The notes below the pieces were generated by a model that was not told where the DNA came from, did no database searches, and saw nothing but the letters and a program-made list of their open reading frames with translations. Shown here one piece after another: positions 27,695 through 37,800 of a DNA stretch of 64,000 nucleotides (position 1 is the stretch's first letter; every line of letters starts with the position of its first letter). The position numbers and the translations under genes were made by a program. This DNA comes from a virus. Lineage: Duplodnaviria; Caudoviricetes. The stretch spans positions 345-64,344 of IMG/VR virus record IMGVR_UViG_3300044825_002279. One strand, written 5' to 3'.

Positions 27695-28057
27695 ATGCCC
27701 GTGATGTCGCCCCGCATGCTGCCGCAGCGGGTCCGGATCGAGCGCCTGACGCGCGTCTCGGACGGCCAGCGCGGCTGGGTCGAGAGCCGCATCCTGATCG
27801 TGGCTGCTGCTGCCTGCCGCCTGGGCTCGGCCCGACTGTCGACCTTCCAGGCCCAGGACGGCCAGCTGGTCTCCGAGGTCCAGCGCGATGCGTGGTTCAA
27901 GCGAGAGACCGACGTCCGGGTCGGCGACGTCCTGACGCTCGCGGGCCAGACCCTGGAGCTACGGGTCGAGAGCGTCGAAATCCAGGCCGATGGCGCCTAC
28001 CGCAAGGCCAAGGTCACGGACGAGCAGCCGGACCCGGGCGTGGCGGTGGCGGCGTGA
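27695..28057 (+). CDS. Head closure/adaptor protein
   Basis: Size and position; RV.IER...DG..GW. Confidence 0.65.
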   Translation: MPVMSPRMLPQRVRIERLTRVSDGQRGWVESRILIVAAAACRLGSARLSTFQAQDGQLVSEVQRDAWFKRETDVRVGDVLTLAGQTLELRVESVEIQADGAYRKAKVTDEQPDPGVAVAA

Positions 28058-28530
28058 GCCAGAACGTCCTCCTCGACGACCTGAACCTGCGGATCAAGCT
28101 GCGCCGCATCCTGCTCGACGCGGGCCGCAAGGCCGGGGCCGGGATGGCGGGCCACCTGCAGCGCAAGCTCAACGTCTCGGCCCGGGTCGGCACGCCCGGC
28201 AGCGAGAAGGCCCGCAAGGCCGCGGCCAAGAAGGCCCGGCGCCGCGTGGCCCGGTTCCTGTTCCAGGCCAGCAAGCCCGGCGAGGCGCCGCGGAAGCGAA
28301 CCGGCACGCTGCAGAAGTCGGTCGCGGCCGAGCTGCGCTACGACCTGGGCCGGGAAACCCTCACGGTCCGGGTCGGGACCAACGTCGAGTATGGCCGGCA
28401 CCTGGAGTACGGGACGCGCAAGATGGCGGCGCGGCCATGGCTCAGGCCGGGGCTGGTGGAGTACGGGCCGACGTTCAACCGCGTGGTGCTCGCCGAGATC
28501 CGGCGGCAGATCCGCGGCGGGGCGATCTAG
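28054..28530 (+). CDS. HK97 gp10-like neck protein
   Basis: RTGTLQKS...VGTNVEYG..LEYGT.KMAARPWLRP. Confidence 0.8.
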   Translation: MSQNVLLDDLNLRIKLRRILLDAGRKAGAGMAGHLQRKLNVSARVGTPGSEKARKAAAKKARRRVARFLFQASKPGEAPRKRTGTLQKSVAAELRYDLGRETLTVRVGTNVEYGRHLEYGTRKMAARPWLRPGLVEYGPTFNRVVLAEIRRQIRGGAI

Positions 28531-28575
28531 GGTGGTCGGCCCCGAACCGCGCCTCACCCGGCACCGTGAACCCTG

Positions 28576-29001
28576 ATGGCCGCCGGCATCCCCGACGCCC
28601 TGGGCGACGCCATCGCGGCCGACCCCGAGTTCGCGGACTGGCTGGCGCGTTACCGGGACGAGCCCGCGATCTTCTCGGCCGACCTGGCACCGCCCGACGC
28701 CACCATGCCCTATCTCGCGATCGGCCTGGCGATCACGGACGTCGGCTCGCCGCTGCTGTCCGGCCGCGAGGGCCCGCGCGACGTGGTGCGCGATCTCAAG
28801 CTCTGGGCGCCCGCCACCGGCAGCGTGGCCCAGATCGACGCCAAGGCCGAGCGGCTGCGCGAGATCCTGGCCGGCCGCGTGATCCAGGTCGCGGGCTACC
28901 AGGGTGCGCGGGTCTCGGTGGTCAACGGCCCGGTGGGGCTTTCGGCAGACGACGACGCCTACGGCCGCCTAGTCACGGTCCGGGTCCATCTGACCAGGTG
29001 A
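28576..29001 (+). CDS. Tail completion/terminator protein
   Basis: 141 aa, PY..IG motif, position before the tail tube. Confidence 0.65.
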   Translation: MAAGIPDALGDAIAADPEFADWLARYRDEPAIFSADLAPPDATMPYLAIGLAITDVGSPLLSGREGPRDVVRDLKLWAPATGSVAQIDAKAERLREILAGRVIQVAGYQGARVSVVNGPVGLSADDDAYGRLVTVRVHLTR

Positions 29002-29010
29002 TGTGACGGC

Positions 29011-29352
29011 ATGGCGACGCTCTCAGTCCAGACCAAGTCCGCAGTGGGCAAGTCGTTCTCGCTCGCGGCGGCCACCAGCGGCGGCGACGTCGTGCCGAAC
29101 ACCGACGGCGGTGTCGTCGTGCTCGTCCAGAACGCCGACGCCAGCGCCAAGACCGTGACGGTCAAGTCCTACTACGCGGCCACGCCCCCGGCCGGCACCG
29201 CCAAGACGGATCTGGCCGTCGTGGTCGCAGCCGGCGAGGTCGCGAAGATCGGGCCGCTCGACGCCCAGACATGGAACAACTCCAGCGCCCAGGTGGAGCT
29301 CACCTACTCGGCCGTGACGAATGTCAAGGTCGCGGCCTACAAGGGGTCCTGA
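29011..29352 (+). CDS. Hypothetical virion protein
   Basis: Beta-rich, Ala/Val/Thr-rich 113 aa in the tail operon. Confidence 0.65.
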   Translation: MATLSVQTKSAVGKSFSLAAATSGGDVVPNTDGGVVVLVQNADASAKTVTVKSYYAATPPAGTAKTDLAVVVAAGEVAKIGPLDAQTWNNSSAQVELTYSAVTNVKVAAYKGS

Positions 29353-29355
29353 TAG

Positions 29356-29766
29356 ATGACGGTCGCCACGATCGACTCCCAGGGCACGCTGGTCGCGGTT
29401 GACGGCGTGGTCGTCGGGGGCGTCAAGGGCGTCTCCGGCCTGGGCTCCGGCTCGCCGTCCGAGCGTGACCGGACCACCCTGGCCGATACCAAGTTCAAGC
29501 GCATCGGCATGGGCCTGCGCGACGGCGGGCAGGTGACGCTCGACATCCTGGTCGACACCACCGACGCCGGCCAGCGCAAGCTCTACCGCTACTGGAAGGA
29601 CGCGACGCGCGGATCGTTCACCCTGACCCTGGTGAACGGCTCGACCCGGACCTTCTACGCCTACGTGACCACCTTCGCCGAGAATCTCAATTCCGACACG
29701 GACGTCATGGGCTCGTGCCAGCTCCGCGTCGACGGCGAGATCACCGGCTTCCCGGACCCGAGCTGA
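29356..29766 (+). CDS. Tail tube (major tail) protein
   Basis: D.TTL...GLRDGG...F.AYV...LRVDG pattern. Confidence 0.8.
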   Translation: MTVATIDSQGTLVAVDGVVVGGVKGVSGLGSGSPSERDRTTLADTKFKRIGMGLRDGGQVTLDILVDTTDAGQRKLYRYWKDATRGSFTLTLVNGSTRTFYAYVTTFAENLNSDTDVMGSCQLRVDGEITGFPDPS

Positions 29767-29772
29767 TAGCCC

Positions 29773-30195
29773 ATGACCGATGACGCCGTCCCGCTGGAGA
29801 TCGGCGGCCATCGCCTGACGCTCCGCTACCCCCTGGGCGTCCTGAGCGGCATTCAGCGCCGCCTCGGGTGTCGCGACCTCGAGGACGTCCTGGCCCGCGT
29901 CGAGGCCCTGCAGCCACCCATGCCGGCCGACGGCCAGACGCTCGACGCCCGCCGGTGGATCATGGGCGTGGACCTGATCGACCTCCAGGAAATCGCCTGG
30001 TACGGCATCGGCCCGGGCGGCGGCCACGCTGTGTTCCCGACCTCGGACGATCTCGGGCTGGCGATCAAGGGCAACATGCTGGCCCAGGTCCTGGTCGCGA
30101 TCGCCCACGGGGTGGCCGTCCAGTTCGCCAATCCCGCAGCCGCCCCGGACAACCCCGACCCCCCTCCGGTGGCGGGGGCGAGCCCCTCGGCCTAG
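29773..30195 (+). CDS. Tail assembly chaperone (gpG-like)
   Basis: Between tail tube and tape measure; slippery site near the 3' end. Confidence 0.7.
   Translation: MTDDAVPLEIGGHRLTLRYPLGVLSGIQRRLGCRDLEDVLARVEALQPPMPADGQTLDARRWIMGVDLIDLQEIAWYGIGPGGGHAVFPTSDDLGLAIKGNMLAQVLVAIAHGVAVQFANPAAAPDNPDPPPVAGASPSA
30159..30165 (+). other. Probable -1 programmed frameshift site C CCC CCT
   Basis: In-frame X XXY YYZ heptamer; -1 frame open to 30539. Confidence 0.6.
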
Positions 30196-30200
30196 AGGGG

Positions 30201-30539
30201 ATGGTCGAGACCGCGATCGCGTGGTTCGGCCTCTCGCTTCCCGCCGCCCTGGACCTCACGCTCTACCAGTACCGGGTCTACCATCGCGCACAGCGGCGCA
30301 CGATCCGTGACCAGCACGAGCGCGACATGCGCCTGGCGTGGCTCACGGCCGCGATGACCACCAAGCCGATCACCTACAAGGCCCTGGAGCGCCTGATCGC
30401 CGGCAAGGGCTCGGAGGATCCCGAGCTGCAGATCCGGCGCGAGCGCATCATGGCCGAGTTCGACGACGCCTACATGGCCGAGCGGGCGGCCGAGAAGGCT
30501 GCGGCCATGAGTGCCCAGGATACCAACCATGGCGGGTGA
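30201..30539 (+). CDS. Tail assembly chaperone C-terminal part (gpT-like)
   Basis: -1 frame relative to gpG; directly precedes the tape measure gene. Confidence 0.65.
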   Translation: MVETAIAWFGLSLPAALDLTLYQYRVYHRAQRRTIRDQHERDMRLAWLTAAMTTKPITYKALERLIAGKGSEDPELQIRRERIMAEFDDAYMAERAAEKAAAMSAQDTNHGG

Positions 30540-32721
30540 GAAGGTCGGCGAGGCGTTCGTCGAGCTGCACTACAAGCTCGACACGCTGCAGCGGGACCTC
30601 CAGGCCGCCAAGGCCCAGGTCACGTCGCAGGTCGGCCAGCTCGCCGCCACGACGCGGCAGCAGACCGATCGCATGTTCGACGGGGTCGAGCCGCAGCTCG
30701 GCCGGATCGGCTCGGCGGTCGGCACGCTGCGGACCTTCATCGTGGGGGCGTTCGCGATCCAGGCCGTCCAGGCCGTGACGGCGTTCACCACCAAGATCGT
30801 CGAGTCCGGCTCGCAGGTCCAGCAGCTCCGCGCCCGGCTGGACCAGTCGCTGGGCTCCGGCGCGTTCGACGACGTCGCGGCCTCGGCCAACCGGCTCGGC
30901 ATCGGGATCAAGGATGCGGCCGACGCCACGGCCCGGTTCGGGCTGGCGGCCCAGGACATCGGGCTCACCCGCGACCAGGTGATCAGCCTCACCGAGACCG
31001 TGGTCAAGCTCGGCCGGGTCGGCGGCAGCTCGGCGCAGGAAGTCAGCAACGGCATGTTCCAGCTCGCCCAGGCCCTGGCCTCGGGCAAGCTGTCGGGCGA
31101 CGAACTGCGGTCCGTGCTGGAGTCGGTCCCGGAGGTCGCCCGGGCGATCGCGCGCGAGCTCGGCGTGGGGATCGGCGAGCTGCGCGCCATGGGCTCCGAG
31201 GGCAAGCTCACGGCCGACGTGGTCTCCGGTGCCTTGCTCCGGGCTGCCGACGATGCCGCCGCCCGGTTCGCCGAGCTGCCGGCCTCGCTCGAGCAGTCCC
31301 AGGCCCGGTGGGAGAACGCCGCGACCCAGCTGTTCGCGGCGCTGGACGCCAAGCTCCAGGGCTCTGCGATCTTCAAGTGGTTCAACGAGGCCCGGGTGGG
31401 CTTCGCCGAGGGCCTCGCGGTCGACCTTGGCGGCGGCTCGGCCGAGACGCAGATGCGGGTCCTCCAGGACCGGCTCAAGTCGCTCCAGGACGGCAACAGC
31501 TTCCTGGGCGAGAACAACGGCCTCATCGGGGACGTCCAGGCCCAGATCGACGACCTGCAGCGGCTCGACCGCGAGCTGAAGAAAATGGATCGCGAGCGCT
31601 CGCCGGCCAGTTCGGGCGAGACGCGCGGGCCAAACCCGCAGTCGCTCTATCCGGTGCGCACCGTCGAGGACGAGAAGGTCGCGGCCGACTACCGCGACGA
31701 TGCCCGCCGGAACGCCGCGGACCTGAAGCGCGACCGCGAGCAGGCCGCCAGCGAGGCCGCGGCCGCCCAGAAGCGGTCCAACGCCGAGACCGCACGGCTC
31801 AACCGCGAGAAGGAGGCCGAGGCCCGCCGGGTCGCGGCCGCCGAGAAGGAAGCCCTCGACGTCCGGACCCGGCAGATCAACGACAGCGCCGACGCCCGGT
31901 GGGAAGCCCAGCAGCGGGCCGCCGAACAGCGCCGGGATCTCACCCTGGAGACCCTCGCCGAGGAGGAGCGCCTCCTCAAGGAAAACGACCCCCGGGGCTA
32001 CTACGAGCTGACCGGGGACACCGAGTACGCCAAGATTTACGATCCTGCCGCAGGTGCGACCGACGCGCTCCGCGAGCTCGGCGAGGAGTCGATGCGCTAC
32101 GGCGAGATGCTGGGCAACGGCATCCGGGCCGGGGCCGACGTCGTGGCCGAGAGCCTGACCCGTATGGCCACCACGGGCAAGCTGCAGATCGGCGAGCTGC
32201 TGAAGTCGATCGCGGACCTCGCGGTGTCGATGGCGATCCAGCTGGGCGTCAAGGCTGCGTTCGGGGCGGCGGGGAACTACTTCTCGGGCGGCGGTGCGGC
32301 AGGCGGTGGGCAGGCGGCGGCCGCCGGGTTCGCCAAGGGCGGGGCGTTCAACCGCGGCGAAGTCGTGCCTCTGGCCCGCGGCGGGATCATCAGTTCGGCG
32401 ACCATCGTGCCCCTGGCCCGTGGTGCGGCCCTCATGGGCGAGGCCGGGCCCGAGGCCGTGATGCCGCTCGGGCGCGACAGCCAGGGCCGGCTCGGCGTGC
32501 GCGGCGGTGGCGGCGGGACCGTGGTGAACATCATCGACCAGCGCTCGGCCGCGGCCCCCGCGGTGGAGACCCAGCGGGGCACCGGTGCGGGCGGAATGGA
32601 GCGGATCACGATGATCATCCGGGCCGAGGCCCGTGCCGAGACGATTCGGACCATCGGGGGCGGTGGGGCTGATCCGGCCCTGCGCGAGCGGTTCGGCGTG
32701 GCGCCCAGGACGCGCCGCTGA
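30529..32721 (+). CDS. Tape measure protein
   Basis: QLAQALASGKLSGDELRSVLE domain; C-terminal FAKGG...GEAGPEAVMPL. Confidence 0.9.
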   Translation: MAGEKVGEAFVELHYKLDTLQRDLQAAKAQVTSQVGQLAATTRQQTDRMFDGVEPQLGRIGSAVGTLRTFIVGAFAIQAVQAVTAFTTKIVESGSQVQQLRARLDQSLGSGAFDDVAASANRLGIGIKDAADATARFGLAAQDIGLTRDQVISLTETVVKLGRVGGSSAQEVSNGMFQLAQALASGKLSGDELRSVLESVPEVARAIARELGVGIGELRAMGSEGKLTADVVSGALLRAADDAAARFAELPASLEQSQARWENAATQLFAALDAKLQGSAIFKWFNEARVGFAEGLAVDLGGGSAETQMRVLQDRLKSLQDGNSFLGENNGLIGDVQAQIDDLQRLDRELKKMDRERSPASSGETRGPNPQSLYPVRTVEDEKVAADYRDDARRNAADLKRDREQAASEAAAAQKRSNAETARLNREKEAEARRVAAAEKEALDVRTRQINDSADARWEAQQRAAEQRRDLTLETLAEEERLLKENDPRGYYELTGDTEYAKIYDPAAGATDALRELGEESMRYGEMLGNGIRAGADVVAESLTRMATTGKLQIGELLKSIADLAVSMAIQLGVKAAFGAAGNYFSGGGAAGGGQAAAAGFAKGGAFNRGEVVPLARGGIISSATIVPLARGAALMGEAGPEAVMPLGRDSQGRLGVRGGGGGTVVNIIDQRSAAAPAVETQRGTGAGGMERITMIIRAEARAETIRTIGGGGADPALRERFGVAPRTRR

Positions 32722-33092
32722 TGGCCCTCGCCGACTGGCCCACCACGCTGCCGCGCTACCCAAACATGGAGGGGCTGACGGTTACGATGCCGAAGCTCCT
32801 GCTGTCCAGCCCGATGGACCAGGGGCCGCCCAAGGTTCGCCGCCAGACCACGGCAAACTACTGGCCGGTGTCCTGCATCTACGACCTGAGCGACGCCCAG
32901 GCCGCGATCCTGGTGGACTTCGTGCACGTCACCCTGGCCGGCGGGGCTCTGCCGTTCAACTGGTTCCACCCGCTCTACCGCAGCACCGCCCAGGCCTGCG
33001 TCGCCCGGTTCGATCCCGATAATCCGGTGGCATGGGCCCCGGCCTCGGGCGACGCCTGGCTGGCGGCGCTGCGCCTCATGATCATCCCGTGA
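32721..33092 (+). CDS. Distal tail protein (gpM-like)
   Basis: WP..LP...GP.KVRR...PFNW; follows the tape measure gene. Confidence 0.7.
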   Translation: MALADWPTTLPRYPNMEGLTVTMPKLLLSSPMDQGPPKVRRQTTANYWPVSCIYDLSDAQAAILVDFVHVTLAGGALPFNWFHPLYRSTAQACVARFDPDNPVAWAPASGDAWLAALRLMIIP

Positions 33093-33589
33093 GGTCCCTC
33101 AACGCAGCGCTCCAGTACGCGATGCTGCAGCAGGACTCGGCCGAGGTCCCGCTGGTCCTCCTGACGATCACGCACCCGTCGTTCCCCGAGCCGATCCGGC
33201 TGGTCAACAACGGGGTATCGAGCGACGGCTCGACCAACATCGTGCGCCCCGAGGGGACCTACGTCGCGTTCCCGTTCGACCTCGAGCTACCGTCCGACAT
33301 GGACAACGAGGGACCCAAGGCCAAGCTCACCGTCTCGAACGTGAGCCGCGAGATCGTGGCCATCGCGCGCACCGGCGGCGAGGCGCCCCAGGTCACCCTG
33401 GAGGTCATCGCCGGGACCTCCCCGCTGGAGCCGGGCCCGAAGTTCGGCCCGCTGCGGTTCGGCACGCCGGAGATCACCGACCTGACCGTGAGCACCGACC
33501 TGGTCTCGACGGACGAGAGCCTGATGTCGGCCACCTACCTGCGGTTCGACGCCGTGCACTTCCCGGCGATGCTGCGGGCCGCCAGCTAG
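33089..33589 (+). CDS. Minor tail protein (DUF1833/gpL-like)
   Basis: LLTITHP...IRLVNN...PFDLELP...SNVSREI. Confidence 0.75.
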   Translation: MRSLNAALQYAMLQQDSAEVPLVLLTITHPSFPEPIRLVNNGVSSDGSTNIVRPEGTYVAFPFDLELPSDMDNEGPKAKLTVSNVSREIVAIARTGGEAPQVTLEVIAGTSPLEPGPKFGPLRFGTPEITDLTVSTDLVSTDESLMSATYLRFDAVHFPAMLRAAS

Positions 33590-34323
33590 CGATAGCTGGC
33601 GAGGATGTTGCCCTGGAACCGCCAGGAACCGCCGCAGTCGTGCTGCCCGTCGCCGAGCCTGACGTTCGTCATGCCGTAGAAGTTCGGGACCACGATATTG
33701 GCCGAGTAGAACAGCAGCCGCTGCCAGAACGGCGGCGCGCTGGTGTGCATGAGGTCGGTGAGATTGGTGCCGGGGATCATGTAGCCTCGGGTCACGACAG
33801 CACCGCTCTCGTGCCCGCAGCCGGCGAGGTGGCCGATCTCGTGCGCGAAGACCCATTCGTTGGCACCGTTGCACCGGTCGACATCGCAAGCCACGAAGGC
33901 GTCCGACTGGCTGCGGGACGGCTGGTTACCGGCGATGCCGGTGTTGAACTGGCCCTCGCCATAGTCGGCGATCAGGACCACAACGTCGCCGGCCCACTTG
34001 TTGCGCTGGGTGTGCACCACGTCGAGCTTGCCGTCGCCCACGGCGATGATGCGGTCGATGTCGGTGTAGAGGTCGGTCTCGCGGTAGGAGCCGAACTTGT
34101 AGAGCCCGGCGACGCTCACGGTATGCCCGGCCTGAGATGTCAGCAGCGCCCGGTTCGTGTTCTCCATCATGCGGCTGGCGTAGTATGCCACCGAGCCGTG
34201 GCTCGCGATCATCTTGGCCTCGGCCTTTGCCGTGTAGGTCACGAGCACGCGGATGTCCGCGGCCTGGACTGGCGCGGCGAAGAACAGGGCGGCGAGGGCC
34301 ACCGCAATCGTCTTGAGCATCAT
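33586..34323 (-). CDS. Secreted metzincin (reprolysin/M12B-like) zinc metalloprotease, opposite-strand moron
   Basis: Signal peptide (...APVQA); HEIGHLAGCGH = HExxHxxGxxH; Met-turn DLMH. Confidence 0.85.
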   Translation of the reverse strand: MMLKTIAVALAALFFAAPVQAADIRVLVTYTAKAEAKMIASHGSVAYYASRMMENTNRALLTSQAGHTVSVAGLYKFGSYRETDLYTDIDRIIAVGDGKLDVVHTQRNKWAGDVVVLIADYGEGQFNTGIAGNQPSRSQSDAFVACDVDRCNGANEWVFAHEIGHLAGCGHESGAVVTRGYMIPGTNLTDLMHTSAPPFWQRLLFYSANIVVPNFYGMTNVRLGDGQHDCGGSWRFQGNILASYR

Positions 34324-34420
34324 CCCATCCCGCGTGGTTGCGATGCTGCCCGCTAACCCGCGCGAGTTCCTGGAACTGCCGATTCCGCCCCGGGCCGACC
34401 CACCCCCGATCGACCCGAAG

Positions 34421-34864
34421 ATGAACTTGCGCAATCCGGAAATCCGGCCCGATTTCTTGCGGATCGACCCCGCACCCTACATCGGCCTGCCCTATCGGCG
34501 CGGCGGCCGCGAGCGCCCCGCGGTGGACTGCTGGGGCCTAGTCCGTTTGGTCTATGCCGAGCAGCTCGGGATCGAGCTCGACCCGCACGGCGACACCGTG
34601 GGCGTCCTGGGCCAGATCGCGGCCGAGGCCCGGGCCTGGATTCCGGTCCCGGCATCCGAGCTGCGGACCGCCGACGTGCTGCTGCTGCGCAGGATCGGCA
34701 GACCGTTCCACGTCGGGGTGGTCATAGACCCTGGCCTGCTCCTGCACACAGACGAGGGTCATGACGCAGTCCTGCAGCCCCTCGCCCGTATCGCGGACCG
34801 GTTCCAGGGCTACCGCCATCCAGGGCTTGTCCCTGGGCGCCCTCCCGCTCTACGTCAGCCATAG
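34421..34864 (+). CDS. NlpC/P60 tail assembly protein (gpK-like)
   Basis: YIGLPY..GGR...DCWGLV...HVGV...LLH; start uncertain (34343 or 34421). Confidence 0.8.
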   Translation: MNLRNPEIRPDFLRIDPAPYIGLPYRRGGRERPAVDCWGLVRLVYAEQLGIELDPHGDTVGVLGQIAAEARAWIPVPASELRTADVLLLRRIGRPFHVGVVIDPGLLLHTDEGHDAVLQPLARIADRFQGYRHPGLVPGRPPALRQP

Positions 34865-37800
34865 GCCGCACCCGTTCGACCTGCGGGCGGTCCGGGTGGA
34901 GCTGCCCTACGGGCTCACGATCGCCGAGATCCTGGAGGTCGCCTGCGCCGACCCCGCGCTGCGCCGGACCATGTCGGTCAGGATCGCCGGCCACGACATT
35001 CCGGCCGCCGTCTGGCATCGGGTCAGGCCCAAGCCCGGCGTGCTGATCGAGGCGGTGCCGCTGCCGCTCGGTGGCGACACGCTGCGGACGATCCTGATCA
35101 TCGCCGTCGTGGCTGCTGCGATGGCTGCCGGTGCCTGGATCGCCGGGCCGGCGCTGCTGGGTGCCACCGGGGCCACCTTCACCTTCGCGTCGGCCGGCAT
35201 CGGCGGCGCCCTGACCCTGGGCGGCATGCTGGCCCTCAACGCCCTGATCCCCCCGGCCAAGCCGCAGATCGACCAGCCGACCACGACCAGCCCCACCTAC
35301 GGGATCGAGGGCGCCCAGAACTCGGCGCGGATCAACGCCCCGGTCCCGGTCGTCATGGGCGTGCACAAGGTCGTGCCGTCCCTGGCCGCCCCGTGGACCA
35401 CGCTCCTCGACGACGACGACGAGTACCTCTACGGGCTCCTGTGCTGGAGCGTCGGCCCGGCCTCGGTCTCCTCAATCAAGATCGGCGACACCCCGGTCGA
35501 GAACTTCCAGGGCGTGCAGCTCGAGCACTATCTGGGCGACACCACGACCAGTCCGACCTTCACGCTCTACCCCTCGCAGGTCACGATCACGGCGGTCTCG
35601 GCCCTGCTGCTCAGCGGCCGGCGCCAGGTGCGCCAGACCGACACCGACACCGACTACGCCATCCTCGAGTTCCAGTTCCGCGAGGGCGCGATCAAGCTCT
35701 CCGATTCCACGGGCGACGAGCTCGGCGTCACGATCACCCTGCGCTACCGCTACCGCCTGGTCGGCGCCGGCACCTGGAGCGCCGAGACCGAGACCAACGT
35801 CGCGGGCAAGCAGGCCAGCCCCAAGCGCACCGCGCGCCGGATCGCGTTCCCCAGCCGCGGCCAGTACGAGATCGAGGTCTGGAGGGTCACGGGCGATACC
35901 AGCAGCAGCTCGATCAACGACAAGCTCTGGTGGGAGAACATCAAGTCGGTGAACTACGACCCGCCGGTGCGCAAGTGCCAGGGTCTGGTCCTCACCGCGA
36001 TCAAGATCAAGGCGTCGAACCAGCTCTCGGGCGTGATCCGCGACCTCAACGGCATCGTCACGTCCTACCGCCCGGCGTGGAACGGCTCGGCCTGGATCTA
36101 CGTGCCGACCTCGCAGCCGGCAGCCCTGTTCCGCGGCCTGCTGCAAGGCAACAGCCTCAAGCGGCCCGTGCCCGACGACGAGATCGACCTCGCCCAGCTC
36201 CAGTACTGGGCCACGGTGACGGAGCCGGCTCAGCAGTACTGCAACTTCGTCATCGACCGGGACCTGAGCGTCTGGGAGGCGCTCTCGATCATTGCGGCCA
36301 CCGGCCGGGCCACGCCGACCAGGATCAACGGCAAGTGGTCCGTCGTGATCGACGAGCCCAAGGGCGTCCCGGCCCAGATGTTCACCGCCCGGAACTGCCG
36401 CAACTTCATGGCCCGGCGCATCTTCGCCGACGAGCCCCACGCCCTGCGGGTGCAGTTCGTCGATGCCGGGGCCGGCTACACGACCCAGACCCGCGACGTC
36501 TACTATGACGGCTACGACGCCAGCACCGCGACGGAGTTCGAGGAGGCGGAGTTCCCCGGGGTCACCAACGCGGACCAGCTCTGGCGCATGGCCCGCTGGC
36601 GCATGGCCGAGGGCAGGCTCCGCGCCGAGGCCTACACGTTCGAGACGGACTTCGAGCACCTGATCGCCACCCGCGGCGACCTCATCATGGTGCAGCACTC
36701 GGCGCCGCTCTGGGGACGCTCGGCCGGCCGGATCAGGCGCGTGCTGCTCAATGCCGGCGGGCTCATGGAGGCCCTGGAGCTCGACGAGGCGGTGGTCTTC
36801 GACGGCGCCGGCGACTTCGTGATCCGGATTCGCCTGTCGAACAATGCCCAGATCGTGCTCGATATCACCGAGCCCGTCGGCGAGACCCGGATCGTCTTTG
36901 TCGAGCCTCCGGTCGCCAACAGCTTCGTGATCGCACCGGGCGACCTCTACGTCATCGGCCTGCAGGACGAGGAGGCGGTCAAGCTCCTGATCCGCGGGAT
37001 CGAGCCGATCGGCGACCTCGCGGCCCGGATCACCTGCGTCCCGTACCACCCGGCGGTCTACACGGCCCACCTGGGCACCGTGCCGGATTGGGACCCCAAC
37101 ATCACGGCGGTCCCGGGCCAGGAGGCGCCGATCATCCGGGGCGTCACGTCCGGGGATGCCGCCGGCGTGCGAAACGCCGACGGCTCGCTGACCATGCGCG
37201 CGCTGGTCCTGCTGTGGGACGACGGCACCCGGCCCCTGGCGACCCTGTCCGGGGTCGACGTCGCGTGGAAGCGGCTCGACGACGAGGGGCCGTTCAACAT
37301 CATCCAGGCCCCGCCGGAGGCCACCACGGTGGCTATCGTCGGTGTGCCGGTCGACACCACGCTGCGGATCAACGCGCGCTACCGCTTCTCGACCGGGCGC
37401 CTGGGCCGGTGGGGCTCGGAGGTCCAACCCTACATCGCACCGCCCACCATCCCGCCGGCCGACGTCAAGGGCCTGATCATCGACGGGCTCTACCTGCGCT
37501 GGATTCACGCCTCGGGCGGCGATCACAAGGGGTTCCTGATCAAGTGGAGCCCGGTCGGCGGGCAGCCCTGGGAAGAGTGCGAGGACGTCACCGACCAGGC
37601 CGTCACCGCGACCGAGTTCCCGACGGCCGCAATCCCGGACGGCGCGCGCCAGATCCTGATCAAGGCGGTGACGATCCACGGGGTCCAGAGCGTCAGCCCG
37701 GCCAGGGCCACGGCCGAGGCCGGGTTCGCCTTCAGCCGCATCGACGTTGGCAACGACAGCCTGCGGACCCGCGGCTTCCCCGGCACGGTCGTCAATGCGG

